From assembly GCA_025558095.1 (NCBI GenBank), contig JAIVFI010000008.1:1-64000 (forward strand): a stretch of 64,000 bases of DNA. The letters run 5' to 3'. Below, in pieces: positions 21,445 through 32,754 of this stretch. Each line of letters starts with the position of its first letter. Position 1 is the first letter of the stretch. The notes beneath the pieces were generated by a model, which saw only the letters and a program-made list of their open reading frames with translations, was not told where the DNA came from and ran no database searches. A program made the translations under genes and the position numbers. This DNA comes from Hyaloraphidium curvatum SAG 235-1. Lineage: Eukaryota; Fungi; Monoblepharomycota.

Positions 21445-21897
21445 TCACTCCTCCTCGACCGCGGTCTCCTCTCCGGAAGAGGAGGACACCGACGCCTTCG
21501 AGTCCAAGCTCCTCGAGGCGAAGCTCCGCAACGTAGCGTCCCCCTTGCTCCCCGGCTCCCCGCCCGGGCCATCCCACTCATCCTCCCCGTCCGACCCGTC
21601 GTGGCCGCCCATTCCGTCGGCATACGCGTCATGGCATTTCAAGCACGCCCCGGTGCCCCCACCTCCGGGTCCGTGCGGGCACGGCGGGCACCGCGGGCTG
21701 CGGGCGAGCACCGCCGGCGGCAGGCAGACGGCGAACAGCGTTGCTCGCACGTCAACGCCGTTGCGCACGGCGGGAGCGAGGCTCTGCGCGGCGAGGAGGT
21801 GGAAGTCCGCGGGGAGCGACGGGCGCTTCGGCGGGGCGCGGGTCGGGGCGGGCGCGGGGCGGTCCGCGGAGTGGGCGGCGGAGTGGCGGCGCGCCAT
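21445..21897 (-). CDS. Small hypothetical protein (150 aa) with CxxCxH..GACxxCH motif
   Basis: ATG after a promoter-like lower-GC tract, GC3-rich codons, sequence RCPPCPHGPGGGGTGACLKCH. Confidence 0.5.
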   Translation of the reverse strand: MARRHSAAHSADRPAPAPTRAPPKRPSLPADFHLLAAQSLAPAVRNGVDVRATLFAVCLPPAVLARSPRCPPCPHGPGGGGTGACLKCHDAYADGMGGHDGSDGEDEWDGPGGEPGSKGDATLRSFASRSLDSKASVSSSSGEETAVEEE

Positions 21898-22643
21898 TTC
21901 AGCAGGGTTTTGCGGGGTTGCTGCGGTTCTCAGGGTGGTTTTGGGTTCAAACACAGCTGGTGTGTGGCGGGTTCCGGGGTTGGGACGCGGTGCATGCCCG
22001 CCTTGCCGATCTGCCGCCGTCCAGACCGCCGGACCCTGGGCACCCAGTCGCCCCCCCCGCGACACCGGCCGGATACCGGCAAAGAAGCGCGCCGCTCAAT
22101 TCGATAAGCTTACCGAACTGACTACCGGCTCCCGGCAGCAAGAAATGCGCTCCCCGTGCGCCGGGACACTCCCCGCCCTCCCATGCCACGGAGACGGGAC
22201 GGCCGGCGCCAGGACCCCAGCCTGCGCACGGAGATCTGGGTCCCTGGTCCCGCAGATCGCCGGGACAGTCTCCGCCCGCATGACGGCCGCGATCCTAGGC
22301 CGGTGAAAGGCCGCATCACCGCAGAATGGGACCTGGACCGGCCTTTCGCCACACAGGGCCGGCGGTGGCGCGCCCGGCGTCACCGCGGCCTTTCCCCTTC
22401 CCCGCCTCCTGACTGCTTTCACCCCCGATCGCCCGTTCCCGCGGATATCACGAGGCCGTCTGACCGAGCCGGTAATGCAGAAGTGCCCAGCTGTGGATCG
22501 GAGCCTCGCGGGCGATTCGAGGAGTGAATGGTCGTACGTACGGTGTTCCAGGCACAGATACATCAACGTCCCTCCTATCGAGAAGCCAGGAGCGGGAAGC
22601 ACGATATCCGCATCGCCGCCGCTTCCTTCCCCTACCGAGGGTA

Positions 22644-24515
22644 TCACCGCGCCCCCAGCACCTGCACGAGCCCCTCCCCCGCCAACACCGGCGCCTCCCC
22701 TCCCCTCGGCACCGCCCCGGTCTCCACCGCCGCCTTCACGGCGCCGTACACACCCACCGCGTGCTCCGGCGCCTTTTCCACCAGCCCGTGCAGCGCGCTC
22801 AGGCACAGCCCGAGGTGGTGCGTCGCGGCGTCCCACGCCCCGGGGGGGAGCGGGTCGCCGGCGGCGGCGAGCGTGCGGAGGCGCCGGAAGAGGGAGGCGA
22901 GGAGGAGGGAGATGGCGAGGAGGGGAGGGAGGAAGCGGCGGGTGGGGATGCGGGTGGGGGGGTGCAGGGAGGCGAGCTGCGAGAGGAGGCGGGCAGAGAG
23001 GAGGAGGTCCGGCAGCAGGGGGGGCAGGCCGCGGCCCCACCGCGTCGAAGGATCGGGGAGGTCCAGATCGTTCGGTGCCGGGCCGGCCGCGTCGGGGAAC
23101 GAAGGGTCGGGGGCGAGGAGGAGCAGGCCGATGGGGGAGCGGATCTCGAGGCGGATGGTCTGCAGCTTGATGCCGCAATAGACGCCCGTCACGGCGGATT
23201 CGCGGGTGCCGAAGATGGGGACGATGGCGCGGATCACGGCAGGGAGATCTGCGCGCTCCCACGCGTCCTGGATGTCGGGAGGGAGCTGTGCGTGCAGGTC
23301 CGAGATGGCGAGCTCGACCTTGTCCCGCAGGGCCAGCAGGTCTGCGGCGGTATCGACAGGCGGGTGGAGGTTTTCCGAACTGCCGCTGCTATGCGGCGAG
23401 CCGTCGTCCACCGCAAACTGGGACCGACCCAGGTCCGCCGGCGTCAGCCCTGCCCGGCGCAGGCCGGCGAGCAGTTCGTCCGCCTGCAGCCTAAGCCAGA
23501 AGGTCGCCAGCGGCGTCGCGCTCCGCGTCCGGATCCGTCCCTCCTTGTACAGCGCCAGCGATGCCGCCCTCTCTGGCGAACCGTGCGGCATGTCGGCCCA
23601 CGCGACCAGCGGGCTGATCCGCAGGCACGGGTGGTCCCAGAACCGCGGGTCGAACGGGTCGGCGAAGGTGGCCTTCCACTGCGGGTGGGACGGCTGGGCG
23701 AGGAGGTGCAGCACCAGGCCGGAAAGGATGTCCGCAGGCAACGGGTCGTGCACCTCCCGCCGCACGCTGCGGTAGGCGCAGGCGTGGGCGAGGAGGAACC
23801 ACAGGGCGCAGTCGAGCTCCAGCCTGGAGACGACGGCGTCCCTCAGCACGGCAACCTGCTGCGGCACAAGCTGCACCGTCCTGGCGTGCTCCATTGTGGG
23901 AACGTCCAGCGCCGCCAGCAGCACCCCGTCCCAGGGGCCGAGGAACGCCGACAGCGGACCATCCCCGAGGTACGATCGCCGCACCACGTTCCACGCGGCG
24001 CCCTGAAGCTCCCTGTCCGTCTTCTCCATCGCCCTGGACTCACACCAGTACATCAGCAGGCACAGGGCCTGCAGCAGCCTGAGCACCCGCTTCGGATCGC
24101 CGGGAGGGGTCGACGCCAGCGCTGCCTGGAGCTCCGCCCTGGACCGGGCAAACAGGCCGATTTCGACGACATCCCTCGTTGCCGCGTCCACTCCTGGGAT
24201 TTCCGCGGCCTCGGGGAGGCGCAGGGCGACGAGCCCGACGGCGGAGAGCAGCAGCGGCGGCGGCGGGTTTCTGCGCCACGCGCCCAGGTGCAGCAGCGGG
24301 TAGCTCGGGTCGGCCCCGGCAAAGTAGGCGTCTATGAGGGCCGACAGCGCGGCGGCCGGCGGCAGCGGCGGCAGCGCCTGCTCCGGGGCGGACGCCGCGG
24401 CGGGCGGGAGAACCGCGGGGACGCCGCCCCCAAACACGCCCACGGCCGGCTGCGGGCGGCCCACCGGCCCCTCGGCGGCGTCCAGGGAACCCCGGCGGCG
24501 CGGCGGGCCGCTCAT
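22644..24515 (-). CDS. Fungal transcription-factor middle-homology-domain protein lacking a visible Zn2Cys6 cluster
   Basis: LIDAYF....PSYPLLH....PPPLLLSAV and LLQALCLL motifs typical of the Fungal_trans/MHR domain; intronless 623 aa. Confidence 0.65.
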   Translation of the reverse strand: MSGPPRRRGSLDAAEGPVGRPQPAVGVFGGGVPAVLPPAAASAPEQALPPLPPAAALSALIDAYFAGADPSYPLLHLGAWRRNPPPPLLLSAVGLVALRLPEAAEIPGVDAATRDVVEIGLFARSRAELQAALASTPPGDPKRVLRLLQALCLLMYWCESRAMEKTDRELQGAAWNVVRRSYLGDGPLSAFLGPWDGVLLAALDVPTMEHARTVQLVPQQVAVLRDAVVSRLELDCALWFLLAHACAYRSVRREVHDPLPADILSGLVLHLLAQPSHPQWKATFADPFDPRFWDHPCLRISPLVAWADMPHGSPERAASLALYKEGRIRTRSATPLATFWLRLQADELLAGLRRAGLTPADLGRSQFAVDDGSPHSSGSSENLHPPVDTAADLLALRDKVELAISDLHAQLPPDIQDAWERADLPAVIRAIVPIFGTRESAVTGVYCGIKLQTIRLEIRSPIGLLLLAPDPSFPDAAGPAPNDLDLPDPSTRWGRGLPPLLPDLLLSARLLSQLASLHPPTRIPTRRFLPPLLAISLLLASLFRRLRTLAAAGDPLPPGAWDAATHHLGLCLSALHGLVEKAPEHAVGVYGAVKAAVETGAVPRGGEAPVLAGEGLVQVLGAR

Positions 24516-24699
24516 GGCGCCGCTCCGGCGGGGGTTTTCGAGGGTTTCTGGCGATCGGGGATGCGGTAGCGGTTGCGCAGGGTCCGGGGCCGAACCGACT
24601 TGCCGCGGCCAACTGGGAGCGCCGGGAGCGCCGGCCGGCGCGTCGAAAACTATCGGGTAAGCTCCAGGTGATGCGAAGCAAGATGTTCCGCGCCAAGAT

Positions 24700-25170
24700 C
24701 GTGCTCCCTGGTGCCTGCGGTGTCCGTTGACTCTGTTGCCCGTCGCTGCTGGTGTCGCACATCGGTGGCCGAAGCACCACAAACGCAATATTCCTTGCTG
24801 CGGAGAGAGTATTTGAGCACGGATCACGTCTTCCTCGTGGGCTACGGCGCAGGCTGGCACCTCTCTTCTCCGTTCAGGGACCTCCCAAGCTCGTTCGGCC
24901 AATTCCCGCCGTGGGCTTTCTGCTCGCCTGGCCGAGGATATTGGAAGGGCGGGGCGACTCTTGATGGACCAGTGCAAACCGCATGTTTTCATGGAACACT
25001 TTGGGACTCTGTTGTGCTGGGGGAGTGGGAGCAAGGCTCGCTCGTTTGCTGCAACCGACAGCTCACCACTCACGCCATTCCGTGCCGCACGATGTAACTG
25101 GCCTGCCACCCCCCCGACCAGTCCGGCTGCTCCACAAAGACCTCGACAACGCGATCAACGGCGCAGGATT
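24700..25170 (+). pseudogene. Degenerate phospholipase/carboxylesterase (acyl-protein thioesterase-like) relic
   Basis: DHVFLVGYGAG (eroded GxSxG), ACFHGTLWDSVVLGEW (HG..D.VV), then an in-frame TAA before LACH..LLHKDL. Confidence 0.4.
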
Positions 25171-27464
25171 TGGGGCGCGGCGGCGCTCCGGTTGCGGCGG
25201 CGCCGACAGGTGCCGCTTCATCCTGGCGTCCGCCGCACCCAGCCGGGACCGTCATCGCGGCACCCGACGCGTCCGCTTGAGGCACAGGCAGGCGTTCCTA
25301 TTTTTGATGCTGTCTGAGCATCGGGGACCCAAGTGCCTTGAGACTCTCCCGTGCTTCGTCGGTGCGGGCGCGGACGCAACGCTCTCCGCCGCGGCAGCCT
25401 CCTGGTGGTGCCGCCGTTGCGGAAGGACGCGCGTGCGCGCCGAAGCCAGGTCTGCCGAGCAAAGCACCGGCACCTTACGTCCGTCATTCTGCATCGCCGG
25501 CGTCGCCTTCGGGGAGATGCCGGCAAGTGGGAAAATGGCGACATCGGGAGCATCGGGCGGCTGCAGCATCGCAATCGTGGACGGGACCACAACGCGCTCC
25601 ACTCGGACGGCTTTACCATCTGCAGGGCGGCGCGAGCCATCGATCAGGAATGTTCACGGATCGCATTGGACTTGGCCGCGGCGATCACGCACCATCGCTG
25701 GTGAAACCACCACCTCGGGTCGGCGACCTCGCGACGCCTTGTGCAAGGGCCGACCCGCCGGCAGTGTGCACCGCCGGCAAGTTCGCCCGTCCAGAGGTCA
25801 TGATGAAGGGCAGAATGACTCAACAATAGGCTTCCGGAGCCGCAGAGGGACGGACGCCCGACGCCCACTTCGCTCGAACAGCCGGCTGTTGTGCGTGCCT
25901 TTGGCCTGCGTTTTGAGCTATTAGCGCGGCGTCGGGAGCCGGAGCGGCCATGCGACACACGAGATGGTCGTGGCCTACCGGATGCAGGGCATCCGTCACT
26001 CGGCCCGACCGTAAACCTCGAGCCTTTGCAATGTGCAGGCTGCTACTTTGCATCTGGACGTGGCGAAATCGGACGCGCAAACGCGGGCCTAGACAGTGGC
26101 CTGGACGCTTTATGGGCTGGCTTGCGTGGCACATGTGGCACCACCATGTCGGACGGGCTGGATAATGGGCAGCATCGGCGGCGCCGCGGGTGCCTCCGCC
26201 GGTCTCCGCCGCCTCCGCCCGTCCGCATCGGCGTTCAGGTGCCGGAGGCACCCGATGCCCTACGCCTCAGGGATCGCCCGGCGCGCGCAGGCGGCCGACA
26301 ACCGGAGAGAGACGTTCAGCGTCGGGGGAGTGCAGACACTCGCAACACCTCTTGGACCTCGTACTCGACGGAACGGGCGTGCTCGATGACCAGCATGCGA
26401 GCATCAGCGCCTCCGGACGCCGGAACTTGCCGTCCTGGTGGTCGGGGACGCAAAGCACTCGGCATCCCCACGACAGCACGGCTCGATGCTGGGGCGGCCT
26501 GCACTCGGTGGCTCTGACCATGGAGCCGCCGATGCGCAACGCAGCCTGAACCCCGGCATCGGATCCCTGTCGGAAACGCGGACGTCGGCCCGCGGAGCGG
26601 ACCGCGGGGATCCGGTCGGCGTTGCGGAGCCCCATCGGGGCTATGCCGCTGCACCACACCCGCCCAGACGCCGCTTGCTTGTGCCCCTGACGCGGAACCG
26701 GTGGGCAACCGCGCTGGACCGGTCCCCCGCTTGCTTCCGGGGGCCCGCCTGGCGCCACACGGGCTAATGGTCGGGACGGGCATCGGTGCCCCGGGAGAGG
26801 CGGAATCGGCCGCGGGGAGGTCCCAGGGGACTGGAACTTTCAGACGGCCGCGCGCACGACGACCACGGCAACCGACTGCACGGGGTTTACTGGGCTTCGG
26901 AAAGATCTTCTAGAGACATCCGGTGGCGGTCCGATCGGCCCGCGGCGCTGATCTGCGCACGGAAGGGGCGGCGGAGGCCGACGGGTCCGGGGCGGCGGCC
27001 GGGGCGCAGCCGGCGGCCGCCGTTGCGCTCCCGGCAGCGCACCGACCAGCCGAGAAAGGGGCGGGTAGCGGTCCCTGAATCCTCTGGAGCGTGAATCCTC
27101 TGGAGCGCCGCGCACTGCCATTCGGACCGGGACCATGCAGGGGGAGCGCGGGAGCGAGGTCCCCGCCGGGTCAAGGGACGGATTCTGGGACGTGGGCCGT
27201 GCGGCCGCGGGACGCCCCGTCCCTCCCCCGGGGCACCGTCCGCCGCCCCCGCGGTGCGGTCGGACTCGATCCGTATTGATCCCGAGAGGCTGCCCTCGCA
27301 GTGGGACTGCGACGGCCGGGGTGCTGGGGCCGGCGGTCCGCTTTCACCGGACCGCGTTGGTCGGGGACGCGGCTGGCCGACGGGCCTGGAACCTGACCGC
27401 GCCTGACATCACCTCGCACCGAACGCCCGACACCCTACGCCCTCCGGACCCCGACAACAGCACC

Positions 27465-28046
27465 ATGGGCCGCCACGCGGCGCCCTCGCCCCCGCGCACG
27501 CCGTCGGCCGAGCTCGCGGCCTTCCAGGCGCAGCTCATGGCCGTCTACGCGCACCGCCTCGACGCACGCTCCGCCTCGCCGGCGCCCGAACCCCCGCGGC
27601 CCGACGCCGGGCTGCTCCCCGCGCTCGCGCCCGCAGCCTCGGGTTCGTACTCGTCCTCCTGCTCCGCCGCCTCGGCCGCCTGCGTGCACGCGGCCGCGGG
27701 GGAGGGCGCGTGCTTCGCGTGCCTCGTCGGCCACCGCACGAGGGACCCCGGCCCGGTGGCCGAAGAAGATGCGCCTTCGGACATCGGCTCCGACGCCTCG
27801 TCGGGGCCCACCCCCCGCCCCGGTTCGCCGCCCTTCCGACGTGCGGCGTCCGAGACCTTCCCTCCGCTGCCTTCGGCGCCGTTGGCCCGGCTGCCACCCG
27901 CGGCCGGCGGCAGCCTGCCGCTCCCTCTCCCTCGGCACGGCTCGCAGCAGGCCTCGCTGCCGGATCTCCGCGCCTTCTGGCCTCGCGGGGCCTCGGACTC
28001 GTCGCTGCACGAGGGCAAGGGGGTCAAGGCCGTGTCCAAGCGGTGA
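27465..28046 (+). CDS. Small hypothetical protein (193 aa) with CxH..GACxxC motif
   Basis: CACCATGG Kozak-like start, GC3-rich codons, sequence ACVHAAAGEGACFACL. Confidence 0.55.
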   Translation: MGRHAAPSPPRTPSAELAAFQAQLMAVYAHRLDARSASPAPEPPRPDAGLLPALAPAASGSYSSSCSAASAACVHAAAGEGACFACLVGHRTRDPGPVAEEDAPSDIGSDASSGPTPRPGSPPFRRAASETFPPLPSAPLARLPPAAGGSLPLPLPRHGSQQASLPDLRAFWPRGASDSSLHEGKGVKAVSKR

Positions 28047-28582
28047 CCGCCCCGCCTCTGCACTCTTTAGAAACCACAGGACACGGTAGCCTCCCGAGAG
28101 GAAGGAGGATTTGCAGCACGGGAGGGAGTGGCGGTGTAGATACGCCTGAAGTTGCGGCCGGCATGGGACGGCCGCGAGACATGGATGACGTGAGCGTGGA
28201 ATGTACACCGTTTCGGGGTCAATCGGAACGTAGAGAAGCCCGTCGTTTCTTTCTGATGTCCCACCTGTCTCGAGCCGTCGGACAATCTGGTCGGACTCGA
28301 GTGGACGAGGACGGCCCGGTTTCGCTTCGCAGGCCCTTAGAGGTCCCATTCCAACGCAAGCTGTGGACGGCGTGAAGCTAATTCAACAAAAAGCGTTTCA
28401 CCTTAGAGCCACGCCTTGCTTTCTCGGCGAGATGTTTGTTTGGCCAGCAGCGCCGCCCCGGCCGGCCGTCCGGCCGTCCCTCGAAGCCTCGAAACAGCGG
28501 CGAAACCAGAGAACCGCCGACTACTCTCGGAAAACGCGGCGTTTTCGACGTCAAATCACGCCCTGAACGCGTACAAACGCGG

Positions 28583-29442
28583 ATGCCCGCACCCGCGGCC
28601 GACGCGCCCTTCCCCGCCCCGCTCCGCGGCGCGCGCGTTCTCGTCCTCGGCGGCACCTCGGGCATCGGCTTCGCGGTCGCCAGCGGCTGCCTCTCCGCCG
28701 GCGCGCTGGTTCACATCGCCTCGTCGCGCCCGGAAAAGGTCGCCGCCGCCGTCGGCCGCCTGCTCGTGGTGTACCCCGCGGCGCCCGTAAGCGGCAGCGC
28801 GTGCGACCTCTCGGACCTCGAAACGCACGACGCCCAGCTCGCCGCGGTGCTCGATGCCGCGGTGGCAGCCACGGGCGGCCCGCTGGACCACGCCGTGTTC
28901 ACCTCGGGCGACGCGCTGAAGCACGTCCCGCTGGCGGACCTCACCCCTGCCGACGCGATCGCCAGGGGCACCGTGCGGTTCTTCGGGGCCATTTCGCTGG
29001 CCAAGGCCGTGTCCAAAGGCCTGGGCACGACCTTCACGAAGTCGCCGGCGTCGTCGATCGTCCTCACGGGCGGGACCAACTCGTCCAAGCCGAGCAAGGG
29101 GTGGTTCCTCGCCGCCGCGTTCGGCGCCGGGACAGAGGGGCTGGTACGCGGGCTTGCGGTGGATCTGGCGCCCGTCCGCGTCAACATGGTCGAGGTCGGC
29201 GCCGTGCCGACGGAACTGTGGGTCACCATTCGCCCTCCGCCCCACGTCGCCCGCTGACCGTCCGCCCGTTTGACAGGTGGGGAGACCTCCCCCCGCAGAC
29301 CGCCGACGCCATGCGGAAGCAAATGCTCGTGGGCGAGCTGGGCACCCCGGAGTCCGTCGCCGAGGCGTTCCTCTACGCCATGAAGGACCGGTTCGCCACA
29401 GGGGCGGTGGTGCGGACGGACGGGGGGAGGCTGTTGGTGTGA
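28583..29442 (+). CDS. Short-chain dehydrogenase/reductase (fungal atypical type)
   Basis: LGGTSGIG, GLAVDLAPVRVN, ATGAVVRTDGG. Intron 29218-29276. Confidence 0.85.
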
Positions 29443-29530
29443 TCCCCGGAGAAACAAAAGCAATCAGCAGATGGCGGTACAGCGGTACAACGGAATAGAT
29501 ACCACCAACACCAGTACGCGTTCCAATAGC

Positions 29531-30097
29531 TTACAATGCGTCGAGGATCCCCTTCAGCTCGTCGGCGACCTCCCCGAACCCCGGCCTCGCCGCCGCATCC
29601 ATCGTCCAGCACCTCCGCATCAGCTCCCACGTCGCATCCGGTGTCCCTCGCGGCCTCTCGGGCCTGAACGAAGGATCGTCCCGGAGTCGCGCGCCGAAAG
29701 CCTCCATGTCGACGCGGTGCCCCGGGATCATCATCTCCTCGTCCATCAGCTCGTCGCTGAGCGGGATGTCGCCCTCGGAGAGGAGCTCCCACATGGTCAT
29801 GGCGAAGGCGTAGACGTCCGTCGCGGTGCCGGGCTTGGGTCGAGGTCTTGCAAATGCTGCGGAGTGGAGGCGCGGTCAGCGACACATGAGAGCCGCCCAG
29901 CACCACGAAAGGGCCCACTCTCGGGAGCCACAAACACCGGCGTCCCTCCCGACTGCTTCGTGGAGTGCAGCAACGCCGTCTCCCGTATCTTGGACATCCC
30001 GAAATCCGAGATCTTGGCCACCCCGTTCTTGTCCACCAGCACATTGTCCCCCTTAAGGTCGAGGTGCAGAATCGGCGTCGGCCGAGTTGCCGTGGGA
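29531..30097 (-). pseudogene. Orphan C-lobe of a TKL-type protein kinase (5'-truncated)
   Basis: ILHLDLKGDNVLV, DFG, GTPVFVAPE, TDVYAFAMTMWE, CW...RP.F. Intron 29857-29918 is intact. No N-lobe (GxGxxG, VAVK) in the roughly 150 nt before the next gene's stop. Confidence 0.7.
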
Positions 30098-30253
30098 CTG
30101 ACTGACGGCGAGGAAAGGGACGTGTCATCCCCAGTCAAGGGACACATCCTTTTGGAAAAAGAGGCTCTGCGTTCTATACACTTGATGCATCTCGCATGTC
30201 CGCGACCCGTAAAGCCTAAGGCGTTCATCGAACCACGACCGCCTCTCCCACGT

Positions 30254-31682
30254 CTATCCGCAAAGCCCCTTCGGGTTCGCCGCCTCGCATTCGGGGCATC
30301 TGAGTCCCTCCCTTTCCAGGAACCCACGCACGACCCTCTTGCCGAACCCCCCGAACTTCCAACCCCCTTTGGTCAGCATGCGGAACCCGCCCGTCGCCGT
30401 GTTCACGTCGATCGCCGCCGCCCTTTCCCCGGCCGAGGGACCCAGAGAGGGGGATCCGGCGGGGCTCGCGCAGAAGAGGAAGGTGACCAGCCCGTCGCTT
30501 GGGAGCGCGAGGAATGGGGCCGGGTGTCCGGAATCGAGCGCGACGTGCTGCTGCAGCGCGATCGCCGCCGGGCGGTCCTCCGGAGGCGGCGAGGTTCCGT
30601 TCGGGCCATGCAGAACGGCACCCGGGAGGAGGTGAGCGGGAGCAGGCTGCGGGATGCGGTGCAACGCGTCTCCGTGAAGGAACCGTGGGCCGCGGTCCGC
30701 GGCCGTGAGGTCCGACGCTGAGGCGTTCCTCTTGTAGCCCATGATCGCGGCCCTCTCTCCGACGCGGACTGGATCCGGGAGCGCGAGCACTGCGTGGTCC
30801 TGCTCGGGACGCCATCGGGAGTAACCGTGGAGGAACTCCAGCCCGAGATCGCGGGCCCGCGCCATTGCCGCGAGGGCGTCGGGGGATGAGGCGCCCGCCG
30901 GCGTGAAGTGGTGCGGATCGAATCGCGTTCCCGGCAGAATGAAGCTCGGGGACACTCACGATGCCGGTCCGCGGAGAAAGGCCCATCTCGGTGTTGAGAG
31001 CGTCGGCGTAGGGGGGCGGCAGCGGCCCGTCGATCCTGTACATGATCCTTCGGCCGAGCTCCCGCGAGGCTGGCAGCTGCGGCGAGTGAACGAGCATCTC
31101 GAGCGCGCCGTCGAGCTTGTCGAACCCCATCTCCACGTACTGGCAACTGCGGAACCTCTTGAAGTCGAGAAGCGGCCCGTGTGTGTACTCGATCCGGATC
31201 CCCGGCGCCCCGCAGAGGGCGGCCCAGACAAAGTCACGGAGGTGAAGCATGGCTGGGCACACGGCCCTGTGACGCGTCCAGTGGCGTTCCTGGCACCGGG
31301 TGCTGCAGTACACGGCCGTTCCGCACGACTTGCACCGCTTCAGCTGGGCTCGGTCCGCCAGCTCGCCGCGCCGCCTGCGGCATCCCCAGCACCGCGCCGG
31401 GATCCAGGCCTCGTTCTCGTCGAGGCAGTACATGAGCGAGAAAGGCACGTAAGGGTCGAACCAGCCCGAGACGAGGCTCGCGGGCCGGCAGGCGGGCGGT
31501 GGCGCGCCGGCCGGGAGAACGGGGTTCAGGGCGTCCGCGGCGGCGTGGTCCCCGGGGGCGATGTGCAGGCGGACCAGCGGGACGCGGAGGATCCGCGCGA
31601 GACTCGCGATGGCGTAGGGATACAGCGAGCGAAGCGCCACGTATAGGCTCACGTAGATGACCACGGATAGGACGGCGCCCAT
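30254..31682 (-). CDS. MYND zinc-finger protein with N-terminal hydrophobic segment and unknown C-terminal domain (frame break near 30956)
   Basis: CWGC...LKRCKSCGTAVYCSTRCQERHWTRHRAVC is a canonical MYND finger. Coding-like sequence continues in a different frame after 30956. Confidence 0.7.
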
Positions 31683-31873
31683 GGTTTGCGAGAGACGGGT
31701 TTGTCCGATGACTGTGCGCGTCGCGCCTGAAACCCTTCCAGCTGCCGCCACAGACAAAGGACGTTGCTCCACCAACGATCGAGTCCCAGAAACGGGCACG
31801 TCCTTGTCTTTTTCGGACAATTGGAACCAAGAAAGTGATATGGAGTCGGACTCTTTTCTTGAGCTCCGGTCGT

Positions 31874-32754
31874 TCAGCTCAGCTTGCCCCCCACGGCCCT
31901 CCACACCGCCATCCTCTCCTGCACAGGATCCACACCCACGCAACCCCTCAGGAGGGTTGCGAATCCCGCCGCCGTGCCTTTTCGCAGCTCCCTCCGGACC
32001 TGGGGCTTGCACTGCGTGGCGAGGAACCACGCCGCCGAGCCCCAGCCTGTCGAACGGCGGTCGTCATCAGGTCGTAAAGGGCGAGCGTGGCTGGCAATGA
32101 GACCCACTGTGATCCTGATTGCGAAGGAGGAGGGAGAGCGTCGCGTTCGCCTGCGAAGAAGAAAGCGCGTCTGCCGTCCTGTTGCCCGCTATCCGGCGCA
32201 CCGCCGGCGCCAGGGAGGGTATCGACCTCGCGTAGGCGAGGTTGAAGTTGATCATCTGCATGTTTCGTGCTTCCTCCCCTGTCAGTTCCCATCCCTTGCG
32301 GAGGCAACGGTGGCGACCCACTTCCCTGCCCGGGTCGGCCGGGCCAGTGGTTCCTCTCGTAGCGGAACCCCCCGGTTTCGAAGGCCGTCAGCGCAACCAG
32401 GGCGCGCTGCTCGGCGGGGTTCGAAATGTTGTACCGCGCGAAGGCTGCTCGTCGGGTCGCGGTGAGTTCGAGGTCCTCGCAATTCCGGCCCGGCGGGACG
32501 CACCTCGCGTCAGCAGCGGCGCTGCCTTGGCCGCCGTTGCGCATTCGGCTATTCAATGTGCCGGAGCCCGAGTTAGCTGGGCGTCCGTGGGGCGGACGGG
32601 AGGGGAACGCACAGGGGAAGAGGGTTGCGCCGGCGCAAGACGCCGATTCCGGGGCGGCGCGGAGCACGGCGGCGACGGACAGGGCGGAGGCGCCCCGTGC
32701 GGAGAGGAGGAGCATGAGGAGCAGGAAGACGGGGAGGAGGCACGGGGTATGCAT
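31874..32754 (-). CDS. Secreted Cys-containing protein of a conserved fungal family, possible GH19/lysozyme-like fold
   Basis: 5 exons (introns 32549-32612, 32445-32503, 32270-32321, 32047-32107). Signal peptide; SECATAAKAAP..AFARY, ALTAFETGGFRY..NHWPGRPGQGTRNMQ, GSAAWFL..C, GCVG..R..W. Confidence 0.75.
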
